From the NCBI GenBank assembly GCA_045596865.1, contig JAZODF010000003.1, positions 15,525 to 79,524 of the forward strand: 64,000 nucleotides of DNA. The letters run 5' to 3'. Under the pieces are notes generated by a model that was given only the letters and a program-made list of their open reading frames with translations, did not search any database and was not told the DNA's origin. Numbering within the stretch: the stretch's first letter is position 1; each line of letters begins with the position of its first letter. A program made the translations under genes and the position numbers. This document shows, one piece after another, positions 52,988 to 62,292 of the stretch. Origin of the DNA: Eubacteriales bacterium. GTDB lineage: Bacteria > Bacillota > Clostridia > Oscillospirales > CAG-272.

Positions 52988-55900
52988 TCACTTGCCCTCG
53001 TTGGCCTTGTAGTTCACCGCGCTTTCTGCGTAGGCGTAGATCGCGTTGATGAGGTTGGTGGTGACACCCTGCTCTTTTGCGACGGCGTGGTAGTAGGCAC
53101 GGAGGTTATATACCGCACTCGCACCGCCGACGGTGATCGTGATATCGGAGGTGAGCTCGAACGGACGCATCTGCAGCTCGACGTAGCGGACCATTCTGCC
53201 GTCCGCACCCGTCGCGGGGATGAAGGAGGAGCTATCGAAGGTCTTGCTCACCTTCGAGCCGTCGATGGCGGTGTAGGACAGCGTGACGCTACCCGAGAAG
53301 CCGTCCGCGATGAAGAAACGGTATGCAATCGCATCGTCAAGGTAGAGCGCCGCAGAGGTGACGTAATCGCGGATAGCCGACATATCCACCGCCTGTCTTT
53401 CAATTGCGGAAACGGTGATATGCTCGGAATACTCGTCATAGAGGGAAACTATTCCGCGGTAGTCGGAGCCGAGAATCTCGCCCTTATACTCGTAGATGCT
53501 CTTAACGTATTTCAGGATATTGCCGACGAGCGACTTCTCCTCACGCGAGTAATCTCCCGCGAGGACGGTGGAGATATAGTTGGTGATAGACACGTCAGCC
53601 GAGCGAACGACGCCAACCGCGCCGACGGTGCTATCGTTAAACCGTACGGTCAGCTTGTGGTCGGCCGCGGCGGTAATGGGATCATCGTAGGAGAGGGTGA
53701 TCTTCATATACTGCTTGCCGTCCAGCTCGTACTGCGTTGCGATGACGGCCTTGCCATCCACCTTGAAATCGGTGAAGGACACGCCGTCCTTCAGCTCGAC
53801 GTAGATATTGACGGTGAAGCCGTTGTAGAGCGCGAGGCTCTCCTTTATCTCGAAGCGGGTGACGAGCACGCCCGTGACGGTGGCGTCGGCGGTTGCCTCG
53901 ATTTCGGGGAAGCTGTACGCCTTGGTCGCGTCGGAGGTGACGGTGAGCGCCTTCACCTCGGGGCTATCGGGGGTAGGAACGCTTCCCTTTACCCAATATT
54001 CGGTGAAGCTCGACGAGCCGACACGCCAGGTGATATTCACCGCGTCGGTGCGCTTCACAACAACGTAGGGTGCGGTGGAGCTCGCTTGACGGGCGATGAC
54101 GCATCCCTCGTAAAGGACGGTGGTGCCATCGTTCGAGCCGATGAGCGCGCCCTCAACGTAGCCGAGTCGCTCGGCAATCTCGGGATATTTATACCCGTTC
54201 GGGTCGTTGGAGGTGGTTTTTACCAGCTCCTTGGTGTTATAGGAAATGTTACCGATGCGGACCTCCATCGTCTTGTATCCGTCGACGAAGGAGTAATTCG
54301 GGTCGGTGCCGACGATGGTGTTATCGAGCGAGAACAGATGTCCCGCCGCAGGTGCGTTGATAACCGTGTCGGTGATACGGAATACCGAGTTACAGGAGAC
54401 CGTGAACACGGCGGTGGATGCGGTCGCATTAGGGATATTTACGACACATCCCTCGACTATCAGGGTCGGACGGCTGGATTCGGGGTGGACGTTATTCCTG
54501 TTTCTGACGCCGAATGCGCTCGCCGCCTTGGTGATATTTATCTCGCAGTTTACGAACTCGATTCTACCGCCGCGGTGGTCGGTGATGGCACGGGGTGCCT
54601 CGACGGTTGCGTTCTCGACGCGGGTCACGCCGCCCGTGGTAAGGAAGAGGTTTGCGACGGTGGTGTCACCGATAAGCTTACCGGGGCCGTAGATATACAC
54701 GCTCGCCGAGTGCATCATCATGTGGTCGGAGGTGACCGAGGTGCGGTAGGTGAGGCTGTTGCCGTTGAGGTACATTCTGACGGTGCCCGACCAGCGCTGT
54801 GTAATGCTCGACGCGTCGATGACGATATCGCGAAGGAGGGACACGCGGTCGAAGCCGCCGATGGTGGCGCGGGTCAGAAGGTCGTCGGGGTTATCGTAGC
54901 CGACGATGCTTGCACCCTTGACGGTGACGAAGAGCGACTGACACTCCGCCTCTGCAACGTAGAAGGTGCAGTTTTCGCTGGTGACGATCATCTCGTCGGG
55001 GGTGAGGACGGAGCCGCCCTTGGTGCGCGACCAGCCGTTCTTGACGTAGTATTCGTATCCGCCGTCTACCGCGCGCTCGTAGATGGTGGTGGGCAGGCTA
55101 CCCTTGTAGGTCGCGCTCTCGGCACAGGAGTAGGTCTCGCTCACGCTGCCCGAGTCGGTGACCCAGGTGACGGTGACGTTACCCGTGCGGAATTCGACCG
55201 TCTCACCGCTCACGAAGGCGGAGTATTTCGGCGAGGTTGCACGAAGTGCAAAGCCGTTGGTATCAAAGGTGACGGGCTTATTGACCGTCAGCGGATCGTA
55301 GGTGTTGGCGGCGTGGAGCTCGACCTTGAACGCGCTGTCAAGAAGCTCGCTGACGTCGGCCCAGCTGTACGCCGTGATGGCGGTGTAGGTTTCGTTATCC
55401 GTGCTGAGAACGGCGTAGGTCCTGCCGTTCACGTCGACCACGGGGGTATCGAAGTCGCCGCCCTCCTCAACGCTCGGTGCTCCGTGGACGTAGACGGTGG
55501 CAACCGCGGCTCCCGCGGAGTTTTTAAGCGGCATTCTGCCCTGCCATTTGGTGATATCACCCTCCTCGACGGCGGTGTCAAGCGAGGTGTAATCTGCACC
55601 GAAGATGCGGATGCTGATATTATCGAGCACCACGGTGCCCGAGGTAACGGCGGATTCGTCGGTGGTGACGCTGAGGGAGACCTCCTCAACGCCCTTGCCC
55701 GTGTATTCGAGCGTGCGGACGAGCGTGTCCCCGAAGAATACGAGGCACCTGTCACTCTCGCCGTCGACGATGAGGGTCAGACGCTCCCAGCGGGAGGGTG
55801 CGACGGCGCCAAGCTCGGACAGGGGGATGCCGAGTATCTCGCCGCCCGTGCCGTAGAGGGATATCCGTGCCCCCTCGGGGAAGGTCGAATAGGTGGTCAG

Positions 55901-58900
55901 GTCAACCTCGCAGGCGATCTTGCGGTCGCCGAGGTAGCCAAACTCGGAATAGCGTGCCACGGGAAGGAATCCGATGCGGGAGGCAATCGTGCTCGCGCCC
56001 GCGCCGATAACGTAGGCGGGGTTGCCTGCCATTTCGATGACGTTGTACGCGAGGTTACCAAGGGAGGTGACTATCCTTCCCTGCTCCTCATCACCGTCAA
56101 AGTATGCCGCCTGAATCTCGGTTGCGGCACCGTTTGCGGTGGGGGTCTCCTCGGTCCAGGAGGTGATGTCCTGCCACTCGTAGCCAAGGCGGCTGAGCTC
56201 GCCGACGGCGACCTCCTCGATGACGACCGCGAGCTTGACCTCGGTGACGCCCTCGAGGGCTATGGTCAGCCTCTTGTACTGCGAGCGGTCGTAGTTATCC
56301 TCGTGCGTGCCCGCCTCGTAATACTCCTGTGCGAGCTCATCCATGCCCTCGCAGGCGGCGAGGTGGAAGGTGTAGCAGTCCTCGATCTCGAACTTTGCAC
56401 CGCTGTTCGTTTTGTCAACGATGGTGACGCGGATGACGGTCTTGCCGTCGGTCATATACGCGACCGTGCCGTCGATGGAGAGGGCGACCTCTTGCTGAGT
56501 GTGGCCGACCCAATACGCGTTCTCGGGCGACATGAACTCGACCTCGTCCTGAATTACGACGGTGCGGCGGTCGTTAGTAAAGAGCATGCCGCGATATGCG
56601 TAATTTGCATACCCGCCGTAGGCGGAGGTGTTGTCGATGATGGCGTACGCACCGTGATCGTTGTCCGCGTTTTCGATAATTTTGCCGAAGCCGTTGAGTG
56701 CCTGACCGTAGGGGACGGCGTCGCGGCTGTTGATGAAGAGGGTGTTGTTACCCTCGGCGCTCATCTTATAGTAGCGGTATCTGGTGGCGCCGCCCCAGAA
56801 GCCGTAGCAGTTGTAGTTCTCGGTACCCGTGTCACAGAACCAGACCGTGCCGCCGTTGTGGTAGACGAAGGAGCCCGAGTCGATCTGTCCGTGGCCGAGG
56901 TTGTTGGTGTCGCCCATAATGCCCGCGTAGATCGCGCCCGACTCCCAGGAGTCACGCATTACGTAGCCGTTGATGCCCTCCCACCAATTCTGCAGGGGCG
57001 GCATCTTAATTTCCTCGGTGACCTTTTTATAGAACAGGACGTCCTGGATGGTGGCCGAGCCGCTCTTGCCCGAGGCGAGGGCGATGTTTCGTATCTCGGC
57101 GAGGTCGGTCTTGCCCGTGAAGTTGCCGTAGTAGGGGAACCAGGAGGTGTCCTGCGCGCCAACCGAGCCTCCGCCGGAGTCGTGGTAGTTGAAGCTGTTA
57201 TAGTCGCTCGACTGCGTATTGAGGGCGTAGTAGCAGGTGCGGTCGATGCCCCACGCGTCAAGCATGCCGAAATCGTTTGCCGTGCCGGTGTTGTACTCGG
57301 TCGCGGTGGTGAGCGCGGCACACATCTCGAAGAAGTTGTTGGTGCCGTAGGACCAATATCCGCTCGACTCGATATAGGAGCCGTCGGGGATGTACTGATT
57401 GAGTCCCTTCATCGCCATGCCGTAGAGGCACTCGTTAATAAGCCACTCGGCATAGTCCTGATAGGTGGTGAAGCCCGTGTGGTCGCCGAGGGCGCTGACG
57501 AGCTGACCCTGCTCGAAGGGAGTTGTGTTTACGTTGGTGTCAATGTAGATGGATGCGGAGGACGTCGTCTTACCAACGATGGCAAGCGAGGCGAGCACCA
57601 TACCCGAGGAGCAGACCGCGTTCCAGTTGTTAGTGCCCGAGAAGCCCCAACCGCTCTTGGTCAATACACCGCTGATATAGCGCATCCATCCCTCGGGGAT
57701 GGTGTTGAATTTACGCGAGTAGAAGCCGGGGATAACGCCGTGGGTGAAGATGATCTGTTCGATCTTTGCGACGTCGTAGCCGAGGGTCACCCAAGCATCG
57801 TAGAGCCAGTCGAACGCGATGGAATAGGGTCCCGCCGCGTCGGCACAGTTGAGGAAATGACCCGGTCCCCAATGCTCCCAGCCGCCGATGGCGACGGCGT
57901 AATCGTAGGCGAGCATCGCGTATTTCATATCGCGGGTGATCTGGTAGCCGAAGGCGAGCGACATGATATTGTTCGCGTGGGTGGTCGCCTGGCTATGACG
58001 GCCGCCGATGTCATAGCCCTGCGCGTCCTGATAGGGCATGGAATAAAGGTCCTTCTGCCCGGGGCCAAGGCCCTTCAGGGAATTGAGCGAGGAGTAGGAG
58101 CCGCCCGAGGTAATAGCGTAGCTGGTATAAACCGAGTCGGCGGCGTTTACGCGGTTCTGGATATAGCCCTTAAGGACGGGGTCGGCGGTGCCGTTTTGGT
58201 CGAGGTAGACCGCGCGCAGCTCGTCAAACTTATCCTGATCTGCGAGGATGTAGGGGTGGTCGAGATACTGTCCCGATGCGGCGGAGAATGCCTCGACCTT
58301 GTTAAGCGAGGTGTCAACGTGGTCGAAGAGGAATTTCTGCATTATCGGGATAAGCGACTCGTCCGCGGCATCCTCGACAAAGACGTTCTGCTTTTCGGAG
58401 ATGGCGACGAGTCCCGCCGAGTAATAGGAGCCGTAATAGCCCGGGAAGGCGAGCGAAATATCGCGATAATTGATACACGGGGTGCCACTTACGGTATATT
58501 TCGGGGCGGATGCGGCAACCGTGCCGATGACCTGCTCGAGGGCGGAAACGGGGAACCAAAGCTCGCCCGCGTCATCGGTAAACGGCTTCTCACCGAGGGT
58601 GTAGACGGTGGTGCCGTTCTTATCAAGCGCCTTGTCAACGTTCATCTTGAAATAGTAGTTGTCAAGGTACTGGTCGGCGGGTACGTAGGCACCCGCGTTG
58701 CCGTTAAAGAGCTGACCGCGATTGGTGGAGGAATGCTCGGCCGAGAGGGCGACGGCGGGGTCGGTGGTGTCCGAAACGTACAGCTCGAGGTCGTCGAGGT
58801 CCCAGGAGAGATTGGTGCCCGTGTTGACCTGGAAGCGGAAGTAGCAGGGGCGTGCATCGACACCGTAGGATTTGAGGGTGGAGGTCGCCGTGGGGCTGCT

Positions 58901-59527
58901 CTCACCGTCGTAGTAGGCGCCTATGGTGACGTTTGCCTTGTCGGTCCAGGTGAAGACGTATGCAACCTCGACGAACTCGTTCGCGAGCTCGTTACCCGAG
59001 CCGATGAGCTTCACAGAGCTCTTGTAGGACAGGCCCGAGAATTTGCGCGAGAAGGTCAGAAGCGTGGTTCCTCCCGAATTGTAGCCGTAGGCGGTGCCGT
59101 CGGGCTTCAGGATAGATGCGCCGTGGTGATAGTCGTACGGACGGATGATAAGGACGGATCGTGAGGTGGAGGACACGTCGGTAGAACGCACCTTCATGCG
59201 AAGGACGAGCGAGCCCGTCTCGGGCAGATAGCCCGTCGTTTCGATATTGAAATGTCCGTGCTTGGTCGCGGTGTCGGTGGAGTCATAGACCCAGTGCATA
59301 TAGCTGTTGCCGTCCTCCTTCTCCACCGTAATAGTATTGCCCGCGAATTGGGTCGCGCCGAAGCCGTTGGTGACGTCGGTGCCGTCCTCAAAATCGCGGT
59401 TCAGAAGAAGGATGGTGCTCGGCTTCTCCGTATCGGCGGCAAATGCGCCGAAGGGGATAACAAGCGACGTGACGAGCATCGTCAGCGCAAGTGCGAGCGA
59501 CAGGATACCTCTCATTGCTTTTTTCAT
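52988..59527 (-). CDS. Giant secreted multidomain protein (2179 aa) with heparinase II/III-like polysaccharide-lyase core
   Basis: Signal peptide MKKAMRGILSLALALTMLVTSLVIPFGAFA. LDHPYILADQDKFDELR resembles the N-terminal lyase/DUF4962 domain. GHGQIDSGSFVYHNGGTVWFCDTG is the Hepar_II_III-type motif. The remaining half is long and beta-rich. Confidence 0.75.
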   Translation of the reverse strand: MKKAMRGILSLALALTMLVTSLVIPFGAFAADTEKPSTILLLNRDFEDGTDVTNGFGATQFAGNTITVEKEDGNSYMHWVYDSTDTATKHGHFNIETTGYLPETGSLVLRMKVRSTDVSSTSRSVLIIRPYDYHHGASILKPDGTAYGYNSGGTTLLTFSRKFSGLSYKSSVKLIGSGNELANEFVEVAYVFTWTDKANVTIGAYYDGESSPTATSTLKSYGVDARPCYFRFQVNTGTNLSWDLDDLELYVSDTTDPAVALSAEHSSTNRGQLFNGNAGAYVPADQYLDNYYFKMNVDKALDKNGTTVYTLGEKPFTDDAGELWFPVSALEQVIGTVAASAPKYTVSGTPCINYRDISLAFPGYYGSYYSAGLVAISEKQNVFVEDAADESLIPIMQKFLFDHVDTSLNKVEAFSAASGQYLDHPYILADQDKFDELRAVYLDQNGTADPVLKGYIQNRVNAADSVYTSYAITSGGSYSSLNSLKGLGPGQKDLYSMPYQDAQGYDIGGRHSQATTHANNIMSLAFGYQITRDMKYAMLAYDYAVAIGGWEHWGPGHFLNCADAAGPYSIAFDWLYDAWVTLGYDVAKIEQIIFTHGVIPGFYSRKFNTIPEGWMRYISGVLTKSGWGFSGTNNWNAVCSSGMVLASLAIVGKTTSSASIYIDTNVNTTPFEQGQLVSALGDHTGFTTYQDYAEWLINECLYGMAMKGLNQYIPDGSYIESSGYWSYGTNNFFEMCAALTTATEYNTGTANDFGMLDAWGIDRTCYYALNTQSSDYNSFNYHDSGGGSVGAQDTSWFPYYGNFTGKTDLAEIRNIALASGKSGSATIQDVLFYKKVTEEIKMPPLQNWWEGINGYVMRDSWESGAIYAGIMGDTNNLGHGQIDSGSFVYHNGGTVWFCDTGTENYNCYGFWGGATRYRYYKMSAEGNNTLFINSRDAVPYGQALNGFGKIIENADNDHGAYAIIDNTSAYGGYANYAYRGMLFTNDRRTVVIQDEVEFMSPENAYWVGHTQQEVALSIDGTVAYMTDGKTVIRVTIVDKTNSGAKFEIEDCYTFHLAACEGMDELAQEYYEAGTHEDNYDRSQYKRLTIALEGVTEVKLAVVIEEVAVGELSRLGYEWQDITSWTEETPTANGAATEIQAAYFDGDEEQGRIVTSLGNLAYNVIEMAGNPAYVIGAGASTIASRIGFLPVARYSEFGYLGDRKIACEVDLTTYSTFPEGARISLYGTGGEILGIPLSELGAVAPSRWERLTLIVDGESDRCLVFFGDTLVRTLEYTGKGVEEVSLSVTTDESAVTSGTVVLDNISIRIFGADYTSLDTAVEEGDITKWQGRMPLKNSAGAAVATVYVHGAPSVEEGGDFDTPVVDVNGRTYAVLSTDNETYTAITAYSWADVSELLDSAFKVELHAANTYDPLTVNKPVTFDTNGFALRATSPKYSAFVSGETVEFRTGNVTVTWVTDSGSVSETYSCAESATYKGSLPTTIYERAVDGGYEYYVKNGWSRTKGGSVLTPDEMIVTSENCTFYVAEAECQSLFVTVKGASIVGYDNPDDLLTRATIGGFDRVSLLRDIVIDASSITQRWSGTVRMYLNGNSLTYRTSVTSDHMMMHSASVYIYGPGKLIGDTTVANLFLTTGGVTRVENATVEAPRAITDHRGGRIEFVNCEINITKAASAFGVRNRNNVHPESSRPTLIVEGCVVNIPNATASTAVFTVSCNSVFRITDTVINAPAAGHLFSLDNTIVGTDPNYSFVDGYKTMEVRIGNISYNTKELVKTTSNDPNGYKYPEIAERLGYVEGALIGSNDGTTVLYEGCVIARQASSTAPYVVVKRTDAVNITWRVGSSSFTEYWVKGSVPTPDSPEVKALTVTSDATKAYSFPEIEATADATVTGVLVTRFEIKESLALYNGFTVNIYVELKDGVSFTDFKVDGKAVIATQYELDGKQYMKITLSYDDPITAAADHKLTVRFNDSTVGAVGVVRSADVSITNYISTVLAGDYSREEKSLVGNILKYVKSIYEYKGEILGSDYRGIVSLYDEYSEHITVSAIERQAVDMSAIRDYVTSAALYLDDAIAYRFFIADGFSGSVTLSYTAIDGSKVSKTFDSSSFIPATGADGRMVRYVELQMRPFELTSDITITVGGASAVYNLRAYYHAVAKEQGVTTNLINAIYAYAESAVNYKANEGK

Positions 59528-59575
59528 GTTTTTTACCTCGCGTAGGATAAAATAGAATTGTTATTCTCTGCCTTA

Positions 59576-59604
59576 ATTATATAGGCATTTTGTGAACAAA
59601 TCAA
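59576..59604 (-). promoter_or_regulatory. Promoter of the 2179-aa gene
   Basis: On the minus strand: TTGATT-17 nt-TATAAT. Confidence 0.5.
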
Positions 59605-59781
59605 TATGCGGGCATATAAAAGATTTTCAGTAATATTACACAAAACACGCGTGCAATAAAAAGGCGGGCAAGTTGATTACGCGAGAAAACGTGCAAAAAC
59701 AACCGCCCCGCCCTGCAAAAAAGCAAACAGGGGAGCATCAAAGGAGCGCCGGGAAGGCCGAGCCGCAAGAAAAATCACCGC

Positions 59782-59817
59782 AAAAAAAAGACAGGGGCAC
59801 GCGGAGGTGCACCTGTC
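59782..59817 (-). terminator. Terminator after the 212-aa isomerase gene
   Basis: On the minus strand: GACAGGTGCAC-ctccgc-GTGCCCCTGTC followed by TTTTTTTT. Confidence 0.7.
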
Positions 59818-59836
59818 AAAATGTTATGAATGAAGA

Positions 59837-60475
59837 TTAGCCGAGGAGCTTCTCAACGCAGGCGCGGATTCTGTCGCACTTGCAGTTAGCGAAGAAGAGC
59901 TCACGGAACTTTGCACCGCCGAGCGCGCCGAGGACGAGCTCACGGTCGAGATTCTCGAGGATGTAGCAGATGTCGGTGTGGGTCACCTTCTTTACCTCGT
60001 CGAGGATCCTCTTGTTTCTCTGCTCGGGAACTGCTCTCTCACGGGGATAGCCAAGGCCCCACTCGGAGACGAAGAGCTTCTCGAAAACGTACTGAAGGTT
60101 GAGCTCACAGCCCCAGCCCCAGCCCTTTGCAAAGGGCATCGAGATGGCGTTGCCGTTGTTTACCTGAGTGAACTGGTAGGCGTCGGTGGGTACAACAACG
60201 TGACCGCAGAGCACGCCGGGGAAGGAGTTACAAGCGAGCATTGCGCCCTCGCCCGTGCCGCAACCGGTGATAACAAGATCGCATGCACCCGAGTTAAGAA
60301 GAACGGCGGAGAGAATACCGATCTGAACGTAGGTGAGCTGCTCCTTGTCCTCTGCCGAGTACATACCGTAGTTGTGCACCTCGTGTCCGAGAGGCTCAAC
60401 AACCTTCTTCAGGGTGTCGCAGATAAGAGCGTTTTTAGCCGCCTGGCTGTTTTCGTTGATAAGTGCGATTTTCAT
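59837..60475 (-). CDS. RpiB/LacA/LacB-family sugar-phosphate isomerase (long 212-aa form)
   Basis: MKIALINENS...LVITGCGTGEGAMLACN resembles the RpiB active-site region. This is a second paralogue-type relative to 20641..21093. Confidence 0.65.
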   Translation of the reverse strand: MKIALINENSQAAKNALICDTLKKVVEPLGHEVHNYGMYSAEDKEQLTYVQIGILSAVLLNSGACDLVITGCGTGEGAMLACNSFPGVLCGHVVVPTDAYQFTQVNNGNAISMPFAKGWGWGCELNLQYVFEKLFVSEWGLGYPRERAVPEQRNKRILDEVKKVTHTDICYILENLDRELVLGALGGAKFRELFFANCKCDRIRACVEKLLG

Positions 60476-60568
60476 AGCGTTTTATCCTTTTCTGTGTTTA
60501 TTTTGTGAAGTTATGTTTACCAATCAACCACCCGCCGCACCGCGTCAACCGACGGCAATTCCCGCCGG

Positions 60569-60596
60569 AAATTTCACACGGGGTGGGGGTAATTGG
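60569..60596 (+). repeat. G-rich intergenic motif copy (AAATTTCACACGGGGTGGGGGTAATTGG)
   Basis: Family member, located between two minus-strand genes. Confidence 0.8.
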
Positions 60597-60772
60597 ATTT
60601 TTTACGGTTTTCGTTATAACGTAAATATTCCAAGAACAACAAGCAACGATATCTCCGTATTGCGAAGGAAAAACTCACGTTACAACTCCCCCGCCGACAA
60701 AATTTCGAGGGATTTTGTTCGCTCGCGACCCGAAGGCGTAAAAGTTGCAAGCAACTTGCGGCTACGTCGAGT

Positions 60773-60800
60773 GGGAGCGAACGGGCAAAAGCACCGAAAT
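60773..60800 (+). repeat. 28-nt repeat GGGAGCGAACGGGCAAAAGCACCGAAAT (copy 2)
   Basis: See copy 1. Confidence 0.85.
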
Positions 60801-60812
60801 TTTTAAGGCGAA

Positions 60813-62099
60813 TTAGGGGGTAAGGCGGTTGGGGCCACGGAATAAGAACTGCACCTCCTTGATCGAAAGACCGAGGAAGAGCATGGTAAGACGGTCGATA
60901 CCAAGACCGAAGCCGCCGTGGGGAGGACAACCGTACTTGAAGAACTCGAGGTAGAACTTGACGTCGTTGGCGAGACCCTTTTCCTCTGCCTGTGCCTTGA
61001 GGACGTCGTATCTGTGCTCACGCTGTGCGCCCGTGGTGATCTCTACACCGCGCCAGATGAGGTCGTAGCCCTGGGGTACGCCGTTCTCGTCACGCATGTG
61101 GTAGAAGGCGCGCTCCTTTGCATCGTAGTCGGTGATGAAGAGGAACTCGTGACCGAACATATCCTGGCAAAGCTGCTTGGTCATTCTCTCCGCCTCGGTG
61201 GTGAGGTCGCCCTTCAGCTCGTCGGGGAGGGTGTAGCCGTATCTTGCCTCAAGCTCGGCATAAACGTCGGCGAGCTTCATTCTCGGGAACGGGAGGGTGG
61301 GTACCTCGACTTCCATATCAAAGAGAGCCTTGATCTCATCGCCGTGTGCCTCCTTAACCTTTGCAAGAGCGTAGGTGAGGAGCTCCTCCTCCATCTTCAT
61401 AACGTCCTCGAAGGAGTCGATGTAGGAGAACTCGAGGTCGAAGCCGGTGAACTCGGTTGCGTGCTTGTTGGTGTAGGACTCCTCTGCCCTGAATACGGGG
61501 CCTGTCTCGAAGATGCGTTCAAGACCGGATGCCATTGCCATCTGCTTATAGAACTGCGGCGACTGGGCAAGGTAGGCGTTGGTGTCGAAGTACTTGACCT
61601 CGAACACGTCGGAGCCCGACTCGGATGCCGCGCCGATGAGCTTGGGGGTATGGATCTCAACGAAGTTGCGCTCGAGGAGGAACTCTCTCATTGCGCCCGT
61701 GAGGGTGGTCTGGAGTTTGAGCATAAGGTGATTGCGCTCGCGACGGAGGTCGATCCATCTGTAATCCATTCTGACGTCGATGTCGGAGTCATCCTTGATG
61801 GGGAGTGCCTCGGCGATGGACTCGATCTTCATGGAGGTGGGGTACATCTCCTTGCCGCCCATCTTTACGTACTCGCTTGCTACCACCTCGCCCTCGAAGG
61901 ATACGACGGAGTGGATGGTAAGCTGATCGAGCATCTCGTTAAACTCGGGGTGCTCTGCCTTAACGATGGTGACCTGGAGCTTGCCCGTAACGTCCTTAAC
62001 GACGATGAACGCCATGTTTTTCTTGTTTCTGAAATTCTCTACGAAGCCCTGAACGCGACACACGCCGGGGGTCACGTCCTTGATGTAGGTTCTCTGCAT
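60813..62099 (-). CDS. aspS: Aspartate--tRNA ligase, type 2 (archaeal-like class IIb; possibly non-discriminating)
   Basis: 428 aa with an OB-fold N-terminus, FRAEESYTNKHATEF (motif 2 region), and GGFGLGIDRL...FRGPNRLTP at the C-terminus. Confidence 0.75.
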   Translation of the reverse strand: MQRTYIKDVTPGVCRVQGFVENFRNKKNMAFIVVKDVTGKLQVTIVKAEHPEFNEMLDQLTIHSVVSFEGEVVASEYVKMGGKEMYPTSMKIESIAEALPIKDDSDIDVRMDYRWIDLRRERNHLMLKLQTTLTGAMREFLLERNFVEIHTPKLIGAASESGSDVFEVKYFDTNAYLAQSPQFYKQMAMASGLERIFETGPVFRAEESYTNKHATEFTGFDLEFSYIDSFEDVMKMEEELLTYALAKVKEAHGDEIKALFDMEVEVPTLPFPRMKLADVYAELEARYGYTLPDELKGDLTTEAERMTKQLCQDMFGHEFLFITDYDAKERAFYHMRDENGVPQGYDLIWRGVEITTGAQREHRYDVLKAQAEEKGLANDVKFYLEFFKYGCPPHGGFGLGIDRLTMLFLGLSIKEVQFLFRGPNRLTP

Positions 62100-62143
62100 A
62101 TTTTTACTTCCTTTCGGTGTGAGGTTTTGTATTCCAACACAGT

Positions 62144-62172
62144 ATTATAAACTAAACAAAAATAAAAGTCAA
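62144..62172 (-). promoter_or_regulatory. Promoter of aspS
   Basis: On the minus strand: TTGACT-17 nt-TATAAT. The leader is short and no T-box is evident. Confidence 0.55.
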
Positions 62173-62292
62173 TAGGTTTCGGGGGAAAGTCGCGCGGGGG
62201 GGCAAGGGTGCGCGACGGCGACTCTTTTACGCGGTGAGCGCGGCGAAACATTCAGCGTGCGAGGGTAGCTTACACGGTGTGGTGGTTATGGG

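Noticed and set aside
52805-59164. 2119-aa ORF on the + strand, nearly as long as the giant gene
   Set aside because: It is antisense to the 2179-aa secreted protein. Its translation is low-complexity and G/V/A/D/R-rich, with no signal, no motifs and no RBS. This is the classic shadow ORF of a high-GC gene.
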